Assembly: GCA_963674705.1 (NCBI GenBank)
Contig: OY771506.1
Coordinates: forward strand, 32,001-96,000
Direction: 5' to 3'
Source of the DNA: Phycisphaeraceae bacterium
Lineage (GTDB): Bacteria > Planctomycetota > Phycisphaerae > Phycisphaerales > Phycisphaeraceae
Length of the DNA: 64,000 bases
In this document: piece after piece, positions 59,752 to 64,000 of the stretch
Layout: every line of letters begins with the position of its first letter
Numbering within the stretch: the stretch's first letter is position 1
Notes under the pieces: generated by a model
Databases searched by the model: none
What the model saw: only the letters and a program-made list of their open reading frames with translations
Told to the model about the DNA's origin: nothing
Made by a program: the position numbers and the translations under genes

Positions 59752-61300
59752 CGACGGCCTCCTTTCCAGCCGACGAGTCGTGCTTGGCAATCATGTTCAG
59801 GATCGCATGCTCGGAAACTTCTTCGCCCTCGAGTTGCCCGACCTGGTGATGGTCTCGCATAACCACCACACGATCGCTCGTCCGTGCGACCTCTTCCATC
59901 TCCGAACTGATAAAGAGGATGCTCATACCTTGTTCGGTTAATTCACCGACAAGTTTTTCGATCTGCGCTTTTGCGCCGACATCGATACCGCGCGTCGGTT
60001 CATCAAGGATGAATAACCGTGGCTCGATCGCCAGCCATCTACCGAGTAGCACTTTCTGCTGGTTCCCGCCGGACAGGTTCTTGACCAGTTGCTCGCGATC
60101 GGGCGTTTTGATGCCGAGCGCCTCGATGTACTTATCAGCCAGTTCACGTTGTTCTTTGGCCGAAAGCCTGTACCATATCCCACGGCGACTTTGCAGCGCC
60201 AGCATGATGTTCTCACGCACCGAAAGGTTCGGGATGATGCCCGCCGCTTTTCGATCCTCAGGCGTCATCGCAAAACCCAACCGCATCGCCTCACGCGGCG
60301 AACGTGGACTGACCTGCTCACCATCGAGTTTAATCGTACCGACATCCGCCGGATCGACGCCGAACAGCATCTTCGCCGTCTCCGTCCGCCCCGAACCGAG
60401 CAGCCCGGCCAGGCCGACGGTCTGCCCTTGCTGAATATCGAACTGCACATCATGCACAGTGTTGCGACGGCCAAGCCCTTCAGCCTTCACCAGCGTTTGC
60501 CCCGCTACTGCTCGCCCGTGCCGTGCTTTAGCGTCGGCTTCCTGCGTCTCGAGCGCCGCAACATCCTTGCCGACCATCTTGCCGATCAGTTTGAGTCGCG
60601 GAAGCTCGGCCGTCGGATACTCGCCGACAAACCCGCCGTTGCGGAACACCGTGATCCGGTCGCTGATGCGATACACCTGATCGATAAAGTGCGTCACGAA
60701 AAGGATGCCTAACCCTTCCTTGCGCAGCCGATCCATCATCGCAAGCAGTTCATCCACCTCCTGCTCATCCAGGCTGGAGGTCGGCTCATCCAGGATCAAC
60801 AGCTTCGCATCGGTATCAAGCGCTCGCGCGATCGCAACCATCTGCTGCACCGCCAGCGAATACGAAGACAACTGCCGGCTGACATCAAGGTCCATATCCA
60901 GACGCTTCAGCGCTTCACGCGCACGCTTCTTCGCAGCGCCCAGCCGGATTAATCCCACGAGTTTCGGGAAGCGTCCGAGACAAAGATTTTCCGCTACCGA
61001 CATCGACGGGATCAGGTTCACTTCCTGATACACCGTGCTGATCCCCTGTGATTCGGCATCGCGCGGCGAGGTCGGTTGGATCAACTTCCCGTCCATGCGT
61101 ATTTCGCCGCCGTCGGGTACGTGCACACCGGTAAGGACTTTGATGAGCGTACTCTTACCCGCGCCGTTCTCACCCATCAACGCATGTACCTCACCTCGGC
61201 GCAGCGTCAGGTCCACCCCATCCAGCGCACGCACGCCGGGGAATGTCTTAACGATCCCGCTTACCTGCAGCATGGCTTGTTCGGCTGGTGTATTCGACAT
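59744..61300 (-). CDS. ytfR: CUT2 sugar ABC ATP-binding protein, YtfR-like
   Basis: 'GENGAGKST', 'LILDEPT', 'LSGGNQQK', 'DEPTRGIDVGAK'. Confidence 0.88.
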   Translation of the reverse strand: MSNTPAEQAMLQVSGIVKTFPGVRALDGVDLTLRRGEVHALMGENGAGKSTLIKVLTGVHVPDGGEIRMDGKLIQPTSPRDAESQGISTVYQEVNLIPSMSVAENLCLGRFPKLVGLIRLGAAKKRAREALKRLDMDLDVSRQLSSYSLAVQQMVAIARALDTDAKLLILDEPTSSLDEQEVDELLAMMDRLRKEGLGILFVTHFIDQVYRISDRITVFRNGGFVGEYPTAELPRLKLIGKMVGKDVAALETQEADAKARHGRAVAGQTLVKAEGLGRRNTVHDVQFDIQQGQTVGLAGLLGSGRTETAKMLFGVDPADVGTIKLDGEQVSPRSPREAMRLGFAMTPEDRKAAGIIPNLSVRENIMLALQSRRGIWYRLSAKEQRELADKYIEALGIKTPDREQLVKNLSGGNQQKVLLGRWLAIEPRLFILDEPTRGIDVGAKAQIEKLVGELTEQGMSILFISSEMEEVARTSDRVVVMRDHHQVGQLEGEEVSEHAILNMIAKHDSSAGKEAVDV

Positions 61301-61305
61301 CGTAT

Positions 61306-62808
61306 CTACTCGACTGGTTCCAATTTGATGTCATCGTACCAAGCCCGGCCGATTGATTCGCCCCAGCCTCCGAACAAACAATTAATCTGGATATCACGGC
61401 GGTTGCCGCTATTAAAGATAACTTCAACCTGCGTCCAAGGATTTTCACCGATTAACGGCTCAGAGCGGGCACCGTCCATGCTGGAAATGCTCAACAGCGC
61501 CCCCATCCCCGATCCGGCCCTGACCTCTTCGGTCCGGATCCAACCGCTGAGACGATAACGTGTTCGCGGCTCAACTATCGCGTATGCACTCCACGCCGCA
61601 TCGGCGCCGATCTCCGAACCGATCGCCACCGCGGCGCCGCCGTTGCGTCCGTCCTCAGGAAAGTATTTGTGAACCACCTGACCCGACCAACGATTCGTCT
61701 GCCAAGCTGTGGGTTTGTCATCGACCGCGTGCTCAAAATCACCGTTCTGCAGACGATCCGTTTCCGTGAAACTGGGTAACGGCAAAACGGTACCGCTGAC
61801 ATCCGCCAGGAACACCGTGCCATGCCGTGGATGGCGCGTCGGCATACGCAGCTTGTCTGTCAGGTCGGTCCAGTTCTCCAGGTCCGTACTCATCGCCGCG
61901 GAATACCGGCCACGGTCATAGGTATCCCAGTACAACAGCCACGCATCCTTCGTACGCACTAATGAAGGGCCCTCGACCCAATCCGTCGGCGAGATCGTTG
62001 CGCCGGGCCCCGCGATCGGATGCGGCATGATCTGCCATTCACCGCTCATCTTCGCGTCAATCGTCGCAAGCCAAAGGTTCTTGCCGGGCATCTGACGCTT
62101 TTCTTTCTTGTACACCATCACCCAACGATCATCCGCTGGATCGTCATTTTGCCGATCGTCAAAAACCAGGTGGCCGTCGATCGATGTGTAACCAGGATCA
62201 AACAGCACCTTGGGTTCGGTGAACGTCTTGAAGTCTTTCGTGCGGATGATGTACAGCCGATGGTCCCAGTCGTTGTCGCTGCCGTCGTTGTCATTAAGTT
62301 CACGCGGGATCGTTGAGCTGAACACAACAAAGAAGTCGCCCTGCACCGGATCGTAATGCAGCTCCGGCGCCCAGACGTTCTCCGGCTGATCCTCATCGGC
62401 TAACGATTCGGCAAACGGCCTGATCATCAACGGCTTCGACCAGTTCACCAGGTCAGCCGACGAGGCGTAGCCCATCACCCGGCCGCGCCAGTTCGTGGTC
62501 CAGACCATGTGGAACACGCCGTCGTGCTGGATGATCGATGGGTCTCGTGTCAGGTGCTGGCCCTGCCAATCCGGAGGCGTAAAGATCGCCTGCCCGAAGT
62601 TGGCGAACCGGTAATCCAGGCCGTCACGGCTGACCGCCAGGAATACTCCGCTCTCACCCTGGCCTCGGAAAAAGGGAAACAGAAACATCGGCTCCGCTTT
62701 AGCAACAGGCGTATTGCTGTTGACGGAATTCGCATGACAATCCATCGGCGCATGCATCACCGAAAGCAATACAAAGACGACAGCCCATAGCCTGAATCGA
62801 TACGGCAT
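61306..62808 (-). CDS. Secreted GH43-like five-bladed beta-propeller with C-terminal CBM4/9-like domain
   Basis: 'RDPSI', 'WAPE', 'SIDG', 'VEGPS' blade motifs; C-terminal 'LQNGDFE..YRLSGWIRT..AWYDDIKLEP'. Start chosen at MPYRF. Confidence 0.8.
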   Translation of the reverse strand: MPYRFRLWAVVFVLLSVMHAPMDCHANSVNSNTPVAKAEPMFLFPFFRGQGESGVFLAVSRDGLDYRFANFGQAIFTPPDWQGQHLTRDPSIIQHDGVFHMVWTTNWRGRVMGYASSADLVNWSKPLMIRPFAESLADEDQPENVWAPELHYDPVQGDFFVVFSSTIPRELNDNDGSDNDWDHRLYIIRTKDFKTFTEPKVLFDPGYTSIDGHLVFDDRQNDDPADDRWVMVYKKEKRQMPGKNLWLATIDAKMSGEWQIMPHPIAGPGATISPTDWVEGPSLVRTKDAWLLYWDTYDRGRYSAAMSTDLENWTDLTDKLRMPTRHPRHGTVFLADVSGTVLPLPSFTETDRLQNGDFEHAVDDKPTAWQTNRWSGQVVHKYFPEDGRNGGAAVAIGSEIGADAAWSAYAIVEPRTRYRLSGWIRTEEVRAGSGMGALLSISSMDGARSEPLIGENPWTQVEVIFNSGNRRDIQINCLFGGWGESIGRAWYDDIKLEPVE

Positions 62809-62851
62809 ACTACTTCCTGTCAGATGACGATACGAGGCCCAAACAAGGCCA

Positions 62852-63817
62852 TCAGTATTTGCGTGTTTCCAGCAGCTCCGCAGCCTGGTCCTGCGTGTAG
62901 ACATCTTCCTCGACCTTCACGCGACGCGGCACCTCTTCGCCGGCGGCAACCTTTTCGATCAGGTCAAACAATTGTGGGCCGATCAGCGGGTTGCACTCGA
63001 CCGTGCAGTTCAATTCACCCTGCGTCATCGCGCGGAACGCTTCTTTTACGCCGTCAACCGAAACAATCAGGATATCTTCGCCCGGCTTCAGGCCCGCTTC
63101 TTTGATCGCCTGGATCGCGCCGATCGCCATGTCGTCGTTGTGAGCATACAACGCGGTGACTTCTTTAGCTTCGGGTGACTTAAGAAAAGCCTGGAACGCC
63201 TTCTTGCCTTCGGTGCGTGTGAAGTTACCGCTCTGGCTCCAGACGATCTTCATGTCCGGCTGGTTGTCGATCACTTCACGGAAGCCTTTCGCCCGATCGA
63301 TCGCCGGCGCGGAGCCGGGCGTACCTACGAGTTCCGCGATAACCGCCTTACCATCGCTGGCTTCAACCAGCCAGTTCGCGGCACGACGTCCTTCTTCCAC
63401 GAAGTCCGAACCGATGAACGTCACATAAAGCGTGTCATCACTCACATCTACAGCACGGTCGCTGAGCACGACCGGGATACCCGCATCCTTCGCTTCAACC
63501 AGCACCTGCTCCCAACCCGTTTCAACCACCGGCGAGAACGCGATCACATCCACGCCCTGGGCGATGAACGAACGGATCGCCTTGATCTGATTCTCTTGCT
63601 TCTGCTGAGCATCTGAGAATCGCAGATCGATACCGCGCTTTTTGGCTTCCGATTGGATCGAGTCGGTGTTGGCTTTGCGCCAATCTGATTCCGCGCCGAT
63701 CTGGCTGAAGCCTACAACGAGCTTGTCACCGCCGCTATTACCGCAGCCGACAAACAACATTGCAGTCAGTGTGAGAGTAAACAATCCAATCAGGGTTATC
63801 AGTTTGGCTCGATACAT
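62852..63817 (-). CDS. ytfQ: CUT2 sugar-binding lipoprotein, YtfQ (galactofuranose-binding)-like
   Basis: Lipobox 'FVGC'; 'VGFSQIGAESDWR', 'DAQQKQENQIKAIRSFIAQGVD', 'HNDDMAIGAIQA'. Confidence 0.88.
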   Translation of the reverse strand: MYRAKLITLIGLFTLTLTAMLFVGCGNSGGDKLVVGFSQIGAESDWRKANTDSIQSEAKKRGIDLRFSDAQQKQENQIKAIRSFIAQGVDVIAFSPVVETGWEQVLVEAKDAGIPVVLSDRAVDVSDDTLYVTFIGSDFVEEGRRAANWLVEASDGKAVIAELVGTPGSAPAIDRAKGFREVIDNQPDMKIVWSQSGNFTRTEGKKAFQAFLKSPEAKEVTALYAHNDDMAIGAIQAIKEAGLKPGEDILIVSVDGVKEAFRAMTQGELNCTVECNPLIGPQLFDLIEKVAAGEEVPRRVKVEEDVYTQDQAAELLETRKY

Positions 63818-63878
63818 TGATCTATCCTTCTCGATGGAATTAGTTGTTGTTCTGTGAACGTATCATCGTTGCTTACAT

Positions 63879-64000
63879 TTACCCGGACTCGCCGGGCGTT
63901 TGTGTTACTTGCTCTTCCTGCTTTGGCTTGCCGCGCTCCCAGGCAAACGGTGCGACCACGAACCATAAAACCGTCGCGATGAGCATCAGCCGCTTCACCG
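63879..64000 (-). CDS. C-terminal end of a small membrane protein (truncated by the window edge)
   Basis: Frame reads VKRLMLIATVLWFVVAPFAWERGKPKQEEQVTQTPGESG* with TAA at 63881-63879. Confidence 0.5.
   Translation of the reverse strand, partial: VKRLMLIATVLWFVVAPFAWERGKPKQEEQVTQTPGESG

Overview
GC-rich bacterial window. The gene repertoire points to Planctomycetota, probably Phycisphaerae (inference): dockerin-like + PEP-CTERM proteins, a CxxCGY..CPECG membrane protein and a signal-peptide-bearing ATP synthase b subunit. Layout: (1) 1-7 kb: DinB, secreted GH43, zinc-ribbon membrane protein, hexapeptide acyltransferase, and an AspT/YidE/YbjL transporter behind a highly structured 5' leader. 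(2) ~7-36 kb: a large Wzx/Wzy-dependent exopolysaccharide locus with GT2/GT4/GT26, Wzx, Wzy-like, Wzc, a priming transferase, an ArnC/ArnT-like pair, a GlpD-like oxidoreductase, a secreted clan GH-A-like protein and an SGNH PEP-CTERM protein. (3) 36-43 kb: citrate synthase and a truncated atp operon (atpZ/I-I-B-E-F-H-A; no gamma, beta or epsilon). (4) 43-48.6 kb: two PEP-CTERM peptidases flanking an octaheme cytochrome-TPR protein. (5) 48.6-64 kb: a galactan/arabinogalactan-type utilisation region (GH30, GH35, GH43-CBM, RhaM, a CUT1 ABC system, a YtfQRT-YjfF-like ABC system). Best leads: a candidate unrecognised riboswitch-like RNA (5049-5194); two apparently degenerate nucleotidyltransferase/LbH modules flanking Wzc, one fused to the priming transferase; a structured intergenic region before wzc; long inverted-repeat elements inside operons; and a probable ATC start codon. 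All calls come from reading motifs by eye; no searches were run.
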